Shown piece by piece: positions 1-13,700 of a DNA stretch of 64,000 nt (position 1 is the first letter of the stretch; each line of letters begins with the position of its first letter). The stretch is from Pocillopora damicornis. Taxonomy: Eukaryota. The notes beneath the pieces are model-generated. The model was not told where the DNA came from. It did no database searches and saw nothing but the letters and a program-made list of their open reading frames with translations. Location: the NCBI RefSeq assembly GCF_003704095.1, contig NW_020847378.1, forward strand, positions 62,001 to 126,000, in the 5' to 3' direction. The position numbers and the translations under genes are program-made.

Positions 1-3000
1 GCGAGTGACTGAAGACACGGACAGTTCTCTGGTACCTGAATAAAAGTGAACCATAAGATATCTTAGAAAAAGTAAACTACAAGCAGTCCCTCATTTCCGT
101 GCGCCTTACTTCCAGAGTTCCACGCGATAAGCTACCATCAATTTTTTCTTTTTTTTTAATTTTTTTTTATAGCAAATTCTTTTCGACTCGTGCAAAGGAC
201 TTTGCCGAAACGGTTCTGATGTATCTGACTAGAAACCTTGCTATTAAATCTGGAGTTCAAATGAACAACACTCTACAACTCCGGCCTGAACATACTTGTC
301 TTCGAAGCCATCGTCCCTTTCCTTGGGTTCGCAACAAATTTGTAAATTAGATCAACAACAGGGAAAATTAAATGTGAATTAACCTCCCCATACAAAGTTA
401 GAAGCCACCTTAACCCTTTCACTCCCAAGATCTCATTAGTACTTCTTATTTCTGGCTGCCATACAATTCTTATAATGTTAGTTCGGAGAATTTATTATTT
501 GATCAACAACTAATTAACCCCCTGACTGATTTTTTCGCTATTATCATCACTTATCTGCCTGATACTGTATTGATATTGTAAGGAGAAATTCCGTCTTGGT
601 CACTCATGGCAGTTAAAGGGTTAAGTTGAAATTTAGTAAGAGTTACGTAAAGTTTCTTCCTACAAAGTAACATAAATAAAAAGTTCACGTCTCCTGGAGA
701 TTATAAACGCTCAACTGTTTGCTATTTTGGGTCGAAATAATCTCTTCGGAAGACGTGACGATTTTACCTACACAAGATCATATGCAAAATATCGAAGATC
801 ACCAAGACACAATACGGGCTTGAAAAGGTGTGCATAAGTTTTCTTCAGAACATGTTACGAAGGATTATGTATTTTTGCAACATGCAGGAGAACGGCGTAA
901 GCGAACCATTAATAAGAGGTCATTACAAAGAAATAGAAAAACATGCGAAACATTTGCGTGGCGCAATTGCACCTTAAACAAAGCCTGCTTTCTCTGTTCC
1001 AACAAACTTAAATTAACGTGACAAAAGTGTATCTAACGTGACAAAGTATACCTGGCGTGACAAGTGTAAAGGTACATCCTCCGCCGCCCGCTCCAGTCAA
1101 CTTGGAGTGCAAACCGTGTTTAGCGGTCACGTGACACACCTGGTCCAATGAACTGTGGCTAACTCCTAATGTCACAAGCAACTGTTGGTTCAAGTCAATA
1201 AGTTTCTGTGTCCAAAATAACAAACATAAACAAAATAAACGGATTGGCAGACAAACAAGGAAATTTCTTTCCCCCCTAGCTTTACTTTCCTTATTCAACA
1301 ACCTCCGAACTCTTCAAGCGAAGAAATACTCGGGTCCAGGCGTTCAGTAAACGGAGAGCACTATTGGCGCTGAACGAGGAAAGTATGAAGGCTTGGCGAA
1401 CACAGCGATCCAACGTAGGGCACGCGCAAGGGTTTTTCTTTAAGCCGGCTGCGCGCCAATTTCCCGCGCAAAGTTATAAACGCAAACAAAAGAAACAACC
1501 GCTGTCACGCAAAATATACCAGGAAGAAATTGAGACACTCAAACACATTTGTGTAACGCGTACACAAAGGAGACAAACATTTGATTAAAAGAGTCCTCTT
1601 TTCCATCCCACTGTAAAACAAGGAAGGCACACTCGTGCAATTAGAAAGCCAGCACAGTGTGATGATACAATGAAGAGGAAAAAGTCTACCTTCAACATAC
1701 AATAGTGCTCTTGAGAGTTTTCTTCTTCCGGTGGTGAAGCTGCTGCAAAAAGAGAAAAGTCTGGTGGTCAGTAGAGGCTAGTCCTGATGTTAACATCACT
1801 CGAGAAAATTCCATCCACATGTGAGTGGTGCCACGTCGACTTTTGACACACATTAAAAATATTAACTGGAAAAAAAAAACACTGCTAAGAACACATACCT
1901 TGGATTTGATACAGCTTCTCAAGATACACACAGCTCTCTTCTGCAATAGCACCAACAGCATCAAACAAAGGATTGTAAACAGAAGGAAGCTAGAGATTTT
2001 TAGAAAAAGAGTGGTTGAAAAGTTTATAATGTCAAGACAGCTTTGATTCATTTTTGGAAAATGTACTTAACCCCTTAACTCCTAGAGGTGATAAAAATGT
2101 ATCTTCTCCCAATAAATTGTCACACATTGTCTGGCAAACAGGTAATGAGAATACCCAAACTTATCAAGTTGTAGTTGTTGCCTTGATCCAACACCACATT
2201 CTTGTAACTAATTAACATGGAAATGTGTAGCAGCAAGAGGGGAGAATTAACAATCAGATCTTGGGAGTTAAAGGGTTAAGTAACCGGCCTAACTGGCATT
2301 CAAGCCTGAAAACAAAATTTGACAAAAAAAAACAGCTAAAGATTCTGTAGTTCATCATTTCACCTGTTGACATCTGTCCCTTAAGCCTGCCACTAACTTC
2401 TTTGTGCTGCGGGGTATCTTTGTGTCTGTTATCAAGACCCTGAGCTGTGGAATTCTGTTATAAAAGACATAAACTCCTGAATCAGAAGAAAATTTTAGTA
2501 AAATAAATTAAAACCTGTAAGTTATGGTAAGCCTAATTAGCAAAGATTACTATTTTGTCAGCCTGCATTGGAGGGCTGGAGACAGGTACAAAGCACGAGC
2601 AGTGTTAGCTGGTAGGTTGTAATTTGCAGTTGTTCAATAGGGGGGGGGGAATCTTCAGCTAACCTTCTCTTATTTTCGTTTATAAAGACTGTCATATTGT
2701 CACCAGATTTTTCTTTTATATATTGTAATATTCTCTTCTCAGAGAAAATTTTATCTAAAATCTCAGGGGTTACACCACTGCCTTTGGTAGGTATATGTTC
2801 CCTGTTTTTTTTTGTTTTTTTTTGTTTTTTTTTTTTTCAGCAGCTAGTCTTTAAGGGTTTTGGAAAGTGGATTTGGAACATTTATTTTACCTTGATTGTA
2901 AACACCTGTACAAACAGTACCATAGCTTGGCTGCCTGGGTATCATCACCTTGGTACCCAGTCAAGTAGTGGAGGCAAAATTCAAGTGAGAGCAGCTATCT

Positions 3001-6000
3001 TCAACTGCCGCAGCTCAATATCAATGAATACACCTCTGATTTGAATTATAATGCTGACAATAATTAGCTTTTCAAATGTTCATTTATTATATAGTACCTT
3101 GACAAGTGCTCAATTGTTCCATCTTGGAAAGTAAGAACTGCTCCTAAAAAAGAATGATCAGCTGCTAATCAAATGAATTGAGAATACTCCATGAAAGGGT
3201 TGTAATGCAGAGTCATTCATTAAAAGAATAATGGAAATGATCATCAATTTAAGAATCTTTGATTGCTAAGCCAATTCTCCTTGTCAGCACCAGAGGCAAT
3301 GTATAGAGAAGAGTAGGGAGAATTTTGATACTGGGGTGTAAAGGGTTACCATAATATCAAACTCTAAGCTAGGCCTAAAGGGAGTTGGGTTGTGCACTGT
3401 ACATTAGTATCCTGGGAACATAGGAACATCCTATTTTGTTTCTACCTACCATATGTACAAACTGAGTTGTCAATTCCAGATGGCTTTCCATGAACAAGCT
3501 TTTCTGCCTCTAAACTCCACTTACAAATTAACTCCAGGTCTTTAACAGACAGAGATGCCATTTCATTTTGGCATAGCTCTCTCTCATCACCTGGAATGGA
3601 TCTCATCATTGAGGGTTGTGAAATCTTTCCTGTTACTGCCAGAAGAGCTGTGGAAAGGCAAACACAGTATGATGCTGATGATCCCAAACCAGCTCCAACT
3701 GGTAAAGACGTGTTCACTACCACTGAGAATGAAGGAACCCTAGAAAAAAGGATAATTGTTTAGCACATAATTTTGGACCTCAGCACAAACAATTAAGACC
3801 CCCACTCCTTTCACATCTTAAATTCTTCACTGCATCCCTGACACATAACTCTATTCCATACACTGAACAGTAATTCCACACATCCTCTCAGAAATTGTCC
3901 TAAAAGAAGTTGAAATGATTTTAGATCCCTCCAGTTACTTTACAAATCCATGCTGTGCATAATTTAAGGCAAGTTGAGTATGCACATACATGCACATACA
4001 CAGAACCTTCTGAAGTGTCTGCTTAATAGAGGGTGTCCAATGAATAGAGGTTTGTAAAAATTGCACAATGTTCGTTTATGATTAACATTCAATGTTTACT
4101 CTGTACTGCAATAACGTTCCATGTTGTTAACAAAGCTATCCACAGTTCAAGTTTATTACCTTGCATTACCAACTTTAATATGTTGATAGTAATGCAAAAA
4201 CATAACAGCAAAATAGCCACAATAATACATGCCGTACAATGACTCTTTGATTACATTTGATTGACTGTTTCAAGGATGTAATTCCATACACCACAGTGTC
4301 AGTTCAGTACAGTGTCTGCTAAATAGTGGTTTTTAACAACAGAAATTAGCCAAATGCAATTTATTTTAGTGTTCAAGTAAGCTTAATCCTTTAGCCCCTA
4401 AGAGTGACTAGCATCTATTTTCTCCTTACTATATCACCCCTGAATCAAACACAAAAGTCATGAGAATAGAGGAGATGATCACCAACTAAAACAGCTCTTG
4501 ATTATTTAACAAATTCTCCTTGTCAGCCTCTTTGGAAATGTATAGAGGATAGTATGGAGAATATGCATACTGATGTTAGGGTGTAAAGGTTTAATAGAGG
4601 TGTCTGCTTGATTGGGGTTGCTTATAAAGGGATATATAAAATGTTTATTTTGGAACCCAGCTTAGCATCCACTTAAGAGAGGGTGTCTACTTAATTGGGG
4701 ATCCGCTCACTAGAAGTTTCATTGTATGAAATGATCATTTGAGCATGACCCTTATCTAAGCCTACCTGTCAATTTCTTCAACAATCTGACCAATGAGGTA
4801 AATAAACACACTTATTGCATCATTAATGACTCTCTCATCCACTTCTTTGACCTCAGAGAGGTCAAAAGACCTTTTGAACAGCTTTCTTCCATCCTGTGGC
4901 CAACATGATCCATCTCTACCTGAGAATTAAAAAAAACAAATTGACAACTCTAAAACTCACCAATGTGATAGAAGAAGAGCTGATCAACTTTTATCATGCA
5001 AAAAAGTGCAGAAGGCACTTACTCCATCATTTGCAATTCAGCTGGTCCCAGAAAAGCACAGAGAACTCTAATGCAAAATGGACAATAAAAGCAATCCAGC
5101 AGTACATATCTAGGTGAGGTAAGTTACTCGCATATTTAAACAAAAGTAGCATTTTGATTACCATACCTCTGACAGAATTCTAAATGGCTGACATTTCAGA
5201 ACACACTCTCAAAAGTAATGATAATTTATTGGGTCTGAGAAAAGAGCCTCAACTGATTGTCTGGTGATATTTTGATGTCCACGCAATGCAATGTTCAAAA
5301 TGATTATATCATCAACATGAGACAAGTGGCTCACCCTGTTCAAGCTTTCAAGGTATGAGTCAGATAACACAGCTCCAAGCCTATCTATTCAGTCACTATT
5401 TAGCAACCTAAAACCATAATGTAGCCACTAGAACTACAAGTTTAGTTATATGAAAAAAGGAAAAAAAAGAAAAAAAAATCTGATGATACTTTTTGGGAAA
5501 ATTGAGTCATGTCAAAGCTTGACACTCTGAAGAGAGGCATTGTAAGAACAAAGAATCTTGACAGAAAACACCTCATAATGACCCAGCCCATATCATTTGA
5601 TCTGGAGTCTGGTACCCACTTTTAGGCCATCAGTATATATCTCAGGTGTGACTAACAACCAATTCTTATTTCAGTCTCAAGATGATTTACCCTTGCAAGA
5701 TATGATGCACACTGATGTAGTTTTTACCATGGAACCTTGAAAAAGAGTCAAAATTTGGATTTGCTATGACATAACCTGGTCATGGCAGAGTGTTTTGAAA
5801 CAATATGTCCTTTTAACTAGTTAACAGTACTGCTTATGTAATCAAGAAATAAAAAAGTCCTTTCCNNNNNNNNNNCCCTGTATCATCTCCAACAGCCCCA
5901 CTCCAGTGGTTTCTAGCTGAAAATGGCAAAATTCACAGAGCCCCTGGAAGGGGATTGCAAGTTTGACAAGCATGAACTTAGATTTCCAGACATCCTATAA

Positions 6001-6360
6001 AAGTATACAGTTCACTCTACACTGAGACCTTACCAAGTTTTTCCACATCTTGTTGTAGCTCTTCTCCTTTCCACCTGCACGTTGTCCCAAAGTTTAGCAA
6101 CTTTAGCGTAAACTGACCGTCGTTGGTTGCTTCCAATTTGAGTGTTGTCCTCAAATCGATAGCTGCTGCAACGGCTTTCTAAAAAGGTGGAGATAGCAAC
6201 CAATAATTCCCTCCTATAGAGTATTGTAAACAAACCCATTCAAAACGCGCTTATTCAAAGGCGAAAAGCTAAAAATAACTACCTTTCCATAGACAACTGC
6301 ATGTTCTCCGTGAAGGATTATCTTTCCCGGGGCAGTGACGGTAAAAGAAGGAGAAATCAT
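1..6360 (-). CDS. MVK: Mevalonate kinase, 10 coding exons, final exon truncated by the window edge
   Basis: Exons 6283-6360, 6034-6178, 4766-4919, 3450-3739, 3098-3143, 2364-2454, 1899-1989, 1690-1742, 1052-1205 and 1-35 join in frame with GT-AG introns. GHMP motifs are present: [36 protein letters not shown] and [11 protein letters not shown]. Confidence 0.95.
410..624. mobile_element. piggyBac-type MITE (TTAA-CCC...GGG-TTAA)
   Basis: Starts ttaaccctttcactccc and ends agttaaagggttaa. About 12 related copies occur in the window. Confidence 0.8.
2067..2279. mobile_element. piggyBac-type MITE
   Basis: ttaaccccttaactcc ... gggagttaaagggttaa, TTAA at both ends, in an MVK intron. Confidence 0.8.
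4383..4594. mobile_element. piggyBac-type MITE nested in an older repeat (about 4010-4725)
   Basis: ttaatcctttagcccc ... gggtgtaaaggtttaa. Both flanks carry repeated atagag(g)gtgtctgctt-like units. Confidence 0.7.
5866..5875. other. Assembly gap (10 N)
   Basis: Run of N in MVK intron 2. Confidence 1.
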
Positions 6361-7722
6361 TCGCCTCTTCGCCCGACAAGAACGAATAAACACGACAGAT
6401 TGAGATAGTTCGGTATTACCGCACGGTGGCCGCCATTTTGTTTCACTGCTGACCAATAATACTGAACACAATAGATTGTCCTCTCTACACTCACTTGGAA
6501 TTTTTTTAATCTCTGACTTTCGTTATCTAGAAATTGGAATCTAGCAGTTGTATCCAGGACATTGGGTGAGGCAAGAGAGCCTACTCAAGACATTGACCCA
6601 GAGAACTGAAATTGATTCAGGACCCTGACAACCTTTCTCCTACGCTTCAAGCGGCTTGCTTCTTTTTTGTTTGAGTTCCTATTGGCTATGTTATGTTTGG
6701 TTCTGCTTGGCCACTTAAGTCAGGGGAAGTTGTCTACAAACAAATAGATTCCATGTTGCCGAAGCGCAGCCAAAAGTGTGCCTGTGATCCATCACTGTAC
6801 AGACCCACGGCAACAAGGAATCTAATTACTTGATGTGATAAAAAAGCAAAGTGTTGGTTATGATGACGTCATCTATACGTCTGTCCTCCAATGAATCATG
6901 AGTAAAGAACCAATCAAAACGCGGCTATGACTCTCCCCATCACAAGAAGTCAGTTTGACACCGAATTTTCAAGACAAGCCAAACAAGAAATATTCACTCC
7001 TCGCTTAGGAAAATAAAACTGTCGGATTTTGACGCACTAGAAATACGATTTGTCAAAGAAATACAATAACAGCAGCAAAAAAAAGTTAAAATACAATTAT
7101 TTTTTCATTTACTGTCCAAATGGCGACGGAAATAACATGACATTACAAAAATGCTGCAAACTTACGTCACTGCAAAGAGATAGCCTGCATAAACATCTAT
7201 TCATTATTTATATATACAGTACACTCATCTTTGTTGTAGAGAACTTAAAATATCGACAAATATATCTTAAAATATTATATTAAACTAATTATAACACTCG
7301 TTTTGTTCATCTATGAACCAAAATTATCTTAAGTTTGGGAACCAGCTGAAAACGTGGATGAAAATAACTTTAAATGGAATAAGTTGCTGAGTCTCTCGGT
7401 CAAGACTTAACACGTCCCTTAACAGGACTTAGGTACTTGTCGTCAAATAGTTTTCTTCTTCTGCGAACAGAAAATCTAAATGGCTTTAAATAAATAATTT
7501 TCGTAATTTTACACTATTCCTCAAAGATCTACTTTAACAAGCCTTGGCTTGTTAAGCCTTAAGCTTCGCTTTTTTTTTTATTTGTTCTACTGACACTCTT
7601 TTTCCATCACACGGTTCATGAAATATTCACGACGGGTGAAAGTTTTTGAAAAAATTTGTGCGTAAAACGGGATCAGGACCCCCCTTCCACACCACCCCTT
7701 TGCTATTCTCTCCGAATTGCTC

Positions 7723-10700
7723 TCAACGACTTGTCATCGAACGAAGTGATCCATATGAGGTCCGTCGAGATCCAGAAAACCGGAATTTGTCTTCACTTTC
7801 CAGCAGTATATTTCTTCGCTGTTCTGAAGCTTCACGGAAGTTTTTTCTGGCCCAGCCATAGACTATACAGTTGAAAAAGCCTTGCATAGGTGCAGTGAAA
7901 CCCTGTTAATAACAAAACGCAAAAGAAAAGACGTCAATACCACAAGGAATTTTATGTAAGACAGATATATCAAGATTATGATATTTTAAGTTTGTCACGA
8001 GCGTCGAGCAAAGAAAATTCTGGCAACCCCTTGAGGAACAGACCCTAGCTTGCTACGATTTTGCGCCGGGAAGCTTCAATTATTGAGCCGTAGAAAACTC
8101 TTTAGTAAGCTAGGCCATAAACTAGGTTCATAGGCGACTAGCATCCGGCATAGTTCAAAATTATTCCCCCAAAGTGTGTCGAAGTGTGTCAATATCCGCC
8201 ACTTTCACGGACACGAGGGTTGATAATTATTTATACCACACAAGAACCAAACAAATTGTTTATTACTCTCAATTTACAAACAAATGGTCGGAAATTAAAC
8301 TTTTCATGCGCGAATTTGTCCCTTTCGCTGCACGAAGGTCTATAGTACTTGCCAATCACTCCCGAACTAGCCAATCAGAGCGCGCAAAAAGCTTTATTCA
8401 ACTGATTTGACTGTGTGGATATACCAATAACTAACATTTGCAATGAAAGATCCAAACTCAGTCAGTTCCAAGCACGGTTAGAGAGTCTGCGATACACTGT
8501 CTTTCTACTCCACCAATAAAATCGAGTCGCCTGCTTTCTTTACTTCAACTTTGTTGACGTAAATTATTCTGTGCTCCTAAAAAACGGTGCTCTCATTTTT
8601 ATTCCGGCACCGGCTGCGCAGTTAGACAATTCACTGGTACCCATTCCTATTCCTGAGTGGAGAGAGGAAATGCAAAGGTTCCTTGCCCAGAATATAAAAG
8701 AGAGAGCCTTGTTGGTGAGGACTCGAACACACACCCTTCCCAATTCAAAATCCGGCGCAATTATAATAAAGCCAGAGGGATCAACTAGAGAACGAAGCCC
8801 AAAATAGTGTCAACACTTACTTGAAAGAAGAACATGAGGTACCAATGCTGCAGGTTAGTGATAGTTACTCTAGGTGCGATGTCACAAGCTGCTACCACAA
8901 GTGCTGAAAATAATAACAAACAAAATAGGAGATGAAAGTTGACGAATCCAACTTCAAATTAGGGTCGATTATCAGCCGCTGATCGGAAAACGAACCCGCA
9001 CATCTCCCCCCGACTAAAGGAGGATTGAAGACTGGGTCGAGGAAACGACGGACATCAAGCCTTAATTCTGAGTCAATCGTGACAAAATGATTAAATACTA
9101 AAGTGCTTCACTTGCTTGTCAACAGACCTCATTCATCCAGGTGCTGGCGTACGACTTTTCGCAGTATCTTGTTTGTCAGTAGTTAGCATTTAATGTCAAA
9201 ACTAAAACGTTAGAAATATCTTACCCGGGCTCCAGCATACCAAGAACACCAATACGTAAAGAAAGACTTTGTTACGAATAGCGTCAATGCTGACCCGCTC
9301 TAGGTTTGTCAATACTCCTGAAAAACAAAACACAAAGTGCAAAGTCGTCAAAGAATATAATACATGCTCGGTTCCATCTACTGACGTTCCCTCCCCCCCC
9401 CCCCCCCCCCCCCCTTCTCAAAGGTGATGTATTATTTCTCCAACAACTTCCTAGCGGGTAGCGGGTGGGCATTTCTTTGGACAAAGGTGGCGCTCTTCTT
9501 TGTGATACCGGATGGGTCCGTTAAACCAATACGTGACTGTTACACAACGCATCCACAACCTTGCGCACCCATTCCGCTGTACGAAGGCGGTGAAGGCAAT
9601 GAGGGAAAGTAGCAAAGTCTCCACAAACGAAACTCACAGAAGTCGGCGCGCATACTATTTGCCTTGTTTTCCAAACTGGGTGGTAGCATTAACGATTCAT
9701 GTTATTTTTAATTCTTCATTCCCATTCCCATTGGAGAAATCAAGCACTGGGTTTTTGGCAAACGTTAAAAATTGAATTTCGTACCGTGTGCTTTCAATCA
9801 TTTGTACATTGTACATTCCAATTAAAATAATTGCATTATCTGTGAGTGAGAAATGTTTTGCTGCTTCTCAGAATAGTTTTGCTTTTCTTTGTTAAACACA
9901 AATACTAACCCGAATGTAGGACAGCTTTTCTGTAGGTTCTGACCGCTAAAAAATACACCACCTGTAAAACAAATAGATTAACTTTGAGATGCTGAAATGT
10001 AGATTTTCCTAAAGAGTATGCGGCAATGTTCATAACAGATAACATGCAGTGTAAAGATGAATCGTAGCAAGAGGTCCGATGTCATCGCAATGATAGGTCA
10101 GTCACCTTAAACACGCCGTTTAGATAGAGGGGAAAGAGCATGCAGCTCTTTGTGATTCTAACAATTCGACTGTGGGTTACATGAAGTTTAATTTTCATCC
10201 TTTCCTTCGATCTCTAAAGCATTCTCTAAGTTTAAAAAACCTATTCACACCCTTAATAGAACTACTAAAATAGCGATCGACCATCAACGTACAGCAACCA
10301 AAACTCCGCGCCTATTCCAGAACTAACATCCAAAATTATCTCATGAAGAAGGCGCGGTGGGCTGATGATTGAGGAGCTCGACTCCGATCCAAAGGTCTCA
10401 GTACACTGGCAGGGCTCTCTTTGTTGAGTTCTTGTCAAGTCACTGTACTCTTACGATGTCCCTCCCCACCCCCGAGGAAATCTTAGGCTTGTTTACGAGA
10501 CATTATTTGGGAGGGGGGGGGGGCCCTTTCTTCTTGCTAGCTGCCTATTTCCAAGGAAACTTGGATAAGCTACTATGCTACCACTGTGCCACTAAACTTG
10601 TGTGCCAGATATTACTTTGGAGGAGAGGGGGGGATAAGGGACTTGATGTTTTAAGGGGTCTTTTTCTGGATCTCTTAATTTAAAACAATTATTGATGACA

Positions 10701-13700
10701 TATAAGCTGGATACAGTTTCTCCTACCATGAGCGCCACGATGGAGAAAACTAAAGTTGCAACCAGTGCAATAGAACCATAAGCCTCCCAATATCGTGGTT
10801 TTTCACCATCCGGAAGAGACTGCGAAGAAAAACGTAAGTAAGCCCGTCTTAGTTACTTAACAAAAAGGATCTAGGCCGTACTATCTTCAATTTTTTTTTT
10901 TGAAAATTAACGTTATAATAATAATAATTATAATAAAAAAATATAATAATTCCATCATCGTATTCCATAGAGGACGCAGAGCCACGGAACCCTTAGAGAA
11001 TTTAATTATTGGCACACACAGAGTTATTTGATCATAAGCGGTTCATTAATCCTGCTATCCATCCAATTTGCACTCGAGTCGTTGCAGTCAATCCATTTTT
11101 CCTGGCGTTGATGTCCACAAGCCAGATTTTACCATTCCACTGTTAATAATGGTTCAGTAGTAATAGTTAAATAGTGCTAATCTCATAACCCAACGGCATG
11201 TGAAACCTACCTTTGCCTTCGGTCGATCAAAAAGTAAAAGGCAACTACAAATAAAAAAATAGCAGGTAGACTTTAAAATTAAAGTACGTGCTGTAGTATA
11301 GAAATAACCGACATCTGACGATTGCATCATAAATCGCCATTTTTCTCTCCGTATCACCCCGAGGAAATATTTATTTCCACACTTAGATAGCCTGTATACG
11401 ATTATTTCAGGCTGGTTTAATCAAAACAGTTTTCATTTATCCTTTAAAGAGTAAAAAGTTATACCCAGTTGTGGCAGAAGTAAAAAAAGATCAAGAGAGG
11501 ACTTCGTGTCGGTATTACATCAAATGGCTACCAGGTGATGGCAATGGCCGACTCTTGCAAGGCCAATAATGCAGGCCTTATCCAAGAAACTATATGCAAT
11601 TGTTATTATTAAATTAATTAGTAGCTGTCCCAATATACGTTCTCAGTACTTACTGAGTGCAGTTGTCATATAGGGTTCTTTTTTCATCATCCTCAGGCAA
11701 CAGCAAAGGCAACATAATTGCAAAAGGCACTAACCTATAAGAAAACAAGCAGCCTTAATAATGCCACTGGCCAGATATATTTTGAACTTCAAAACAAATA
11801 GACATGCGCTGTTGCTTAATAGACTTTAGAGATTTCCTGTTTAAAATGTTGCCTATTGTCTTTTAATACTTTATCTCAACAAAGTAAATTATGTGAATGA
11901 AAGTGATCCTCGCAGTAATATGCACTACTTAGGCAGTAGTGAAAATAAGGCCTGAAAAAAAATTCAGGCCTGTACGGGATTTGAACCCATGACCTCTGCG
12001 ATACCGGTGCAGCGCTCTACCAACTGAGCTAACAAGCCAACTGGGAGTTATTTTCACTACTGCCTAAGTAGTGCATATTACTGCGAGGATCACTTTCATT
12101 CACGTCTTTATCCGCAGTTCAAATATATGACTTTCATATATTCCTAACCAAAGTAAATTATCGAGTTTGAATACTTAAATCTCAAGATATCAACAGCCTT
12201 GAAACACTTTGTTGATGGCATTGGAGGGTGGGGGCTATAAAGGAAGCCACAGAGAAGGAAAGTGAACAGCAAGCTTCTCAGCCGCAAGGAGCACACCATG
12301 GCAACAATACCACAGCCCACTTAAGGTCATAACCTGGCAACACATTACCCACAAACCTGAAGTGGACTGAGAGGGAGAGGGTGAAAAAAACAAAACAAAA
12401 CAAACAAATTGCAAGGTAAATTAGGAAAAAATAGGCAGTCTGAGATGATTGATTGAGGGAGAAGATTTCATTTCAAAAAAATTTTTTAATTTAGCAAGTG
12501 GTACAGCAAAATACACCAAAATAAACTTATTTCAATTCACAATGACATGATTTAAGACACTCACCAACATAATGCATATAATATCCTAGTGGGCCATAGG
12601 TAAGATGTTGTTGAAGAAACCTTGTCAGTAAAATACAACATAATTAGAGTGCACACACTGTAATGAGTAAAGATATTACCTATTAGCCAGTACATTTTCC
12701 TTTTCCTTTCTTTTCTTTGTGTTATCTTGCCAACCTGTCATTTATTTTCATTTAATGCTGATGCCATCTGGCTGCCTGGCTCCACTAGCCCCTATGGTCA
12801 TTCCAGGTACTCTAATTTCATTTCCAAAGTTTTTTTGTTTTGCAATAGCTTACAAGGTAGGAGAGAGTACAAATAAAGTTTGCTTTGTTGATGTGCCATA
12901 TACAAGGTTTGTACTGTCTGAAAATTCGAAGACCTTTTCTTACATGTAGGAATTATGGGCAAGTTAAAACCAATGTTGTGCTACAACAATCATGCAATGA
13001 ACCAAGGCACTTTCTCTTAGTTCAAACTTTAATTTTTTGTCAGTCACAAGTGATAGTTGAAACTACCATCAACTCTCATGACTGTTTGAACAGGGCTTTT
13101 AAGTAAGAATGTAAAAACCACTCATAGGGGTTTCAATCACTTTTTCCACATGCATTTGCAAAAATATTTGCAATGTTTATAGTTTTTTTGAGGTTCACAG
13201 TACTTACTGACAGTAACTGAAAATTGGTGATATTTTTAGCCTTTTCTCTGAGTCTGATGTATGCATTCAAACCATAGTTGACAGTCAAAAAGAATGATGC
13301 CAGGTGCGCCATCTAGGGAAGAAAAAATGGTGTTCATAATAAGAAGTTTCTTACTAATAAACCTTTATTTCACAGTCAAAACCAAAACTTGGAATTGATT
13401 TTGCATATCCCTGTGTTTGCAAACAATTTGGGCTAACCCAGGATTACAAGCCTAGATTGAAAAATCTTCATTGGGAAACTTAAAACAACTTTAAGTGTTT
13501 CTTCAGTCATAACAAAGCTGAATTCAGACATAATTTGTTCACCACATGATTTGCTCATAAGAAAATCCAAAGTTGATGACACCATTGGAATCCTGCAATT
13601 TGCATTTGCTGAAGCTTTAGACGCTGATTAACCTTTGGACCCCTAAGAGTGACTAACATCTAATTTCTCCTCACAATACCACCCCTGAATCGCACAGTCA

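Noticed and set aside
685-767. Possible terminal MVK exon ([11 protein letters not shown]...*)
   Set aside because: It has no resemblance to the MVK C-terminus. The phase-compatible exon starting at 35 and leaving the window fits better.
9393-9414. Long poly-C/poly-G runs (also about 2640, 22986 and 63519) as functional G-quadruplexes
   Set aside because: They are simple homopolymers, often repeat-associated and of unreliable assembled length, with no positional pattern.
11967-12038. Functional tRNA-Thr(GGT) gene
   Set aside because: It has C33 and an anticodon-stem mismatch, G34 Thr anticodons are atypical in eukaryotes, and it lies within a TSD-flanked element.
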